DNA from: Paramoeba atlantica
Taxonomy: Eukaryota > Protista > Discosea
NCBI GenBank assembly: GCA_977017575.1
Contig: CDRNVI010000126.1
Location: 1 to 18,462 of the forward strand
Reading direction: 5' to 3'
DNA: 18,462 nucleotides
The notes below the pieces were generated by a model, which worked only from the letters and a program-made list of their open reading frames with translations, made no database searches and was not told the DNA's origin. Shown piece after piece: positions 18,152-18,462 of this stretch (position 1 is the stretch's first letter; each line of letters begins with the position of its first letter). The position numbers and the translations under genes are program-made.

Positions 18152-18462
18152 GCGGCTTTGGCAGGCAGGGGGTTTCCAATGTTGTTGACAATTAGCTGTA
18201 ATGGGGTTGCCGTTGTACAGCAAGATGTTTAGCGTGCTTGCTGTTAGTTGGATCGTGTCATTGTTATCTTGCGGCCACCATTGAAGTCGTCGCTAGAAAG
18301 TCGTTTATGACACAGCCAGAAACCTTGGCCATCGTAAGTGAGCAGTTTGATAGCATTACGACGACGATTAGTAAAAACAAATACCGTGCCATTAAAGGGT
18401 TACTACCCATTTTAGCTTGGCAAAGTCTGCATAAACCTTCGATACCGGCTCTGAAGTCAACT
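18148..18462 (-). pseudogene. tnpB: IS66 accessory protein TnpB, 5' end outside the window, frameshifted
   Basis: Minus strand reconstructs to VDFRAGIEGLCRLC...PFNGTVFVFTNRRRNAIKLLTYDGQGFWLCHKRLSSGRLQWWP, the TnpB_IS66 signature. Three indel corrections needed. Not in the supplied ORF track. Confidence 0.88.

Larger units (their letters stand above)
16324..18462. mobile_element. IS66-family element, running off the window end
   Basis: Begins GTATGCTTCCAG, similar to the IS66 GTAAGCG terminus, exactly where capsid homology stops. Contains tnpC (+) and tnpB (-). Confidence 0.85.

Overview
The window joins two unrelated DNAs. Bases 1 to about 13912 are a very AT-rich, tightly packed protist mitochondrial genome segment, encoded entirely on the minus strand. 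UGA is read as Trp, so most of the short ORFs in the supplied track join into full genes. In transcription order it carries a cluster of 12 tRNA genes starting with trnW(UCA), then atp9, trnR, trnY, rnl, trnN, trnS, rns, a candidate divergent 5S rRNA, trnS, trnF, rps11, an unassigned ORF, nad9, nad7, rpl11, a likely rpl10, rps12, rps7, rpl2, rps19 and rps3. Gene content, gene order, genetic code and acceptor-stem mismatches at positions 1-3 in 14 of 18 tRNAs (the signature of 5' tRNA editing) point most plausibly to an amoebozoan. From about 13913 the sequence switches abruptly, mid-gene, to bacterial DNA of roughly balanced GC. This part is a lambda-like prophage head module (S49 protease/scaffold C-terminus, head decoration protein, major capsid protein E). 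An IS200/IS605-family element splits the decoration gene, and an IS66-family element with convergent tnpC and tnpB truncates the capsid gene. The bacterial part is full of single-base indels and the mitochondrial part has few, so a read or assembly chimera (host amoeba plus associated bacterium) is the most likely explanation. A real insertion is not excluded without read data.
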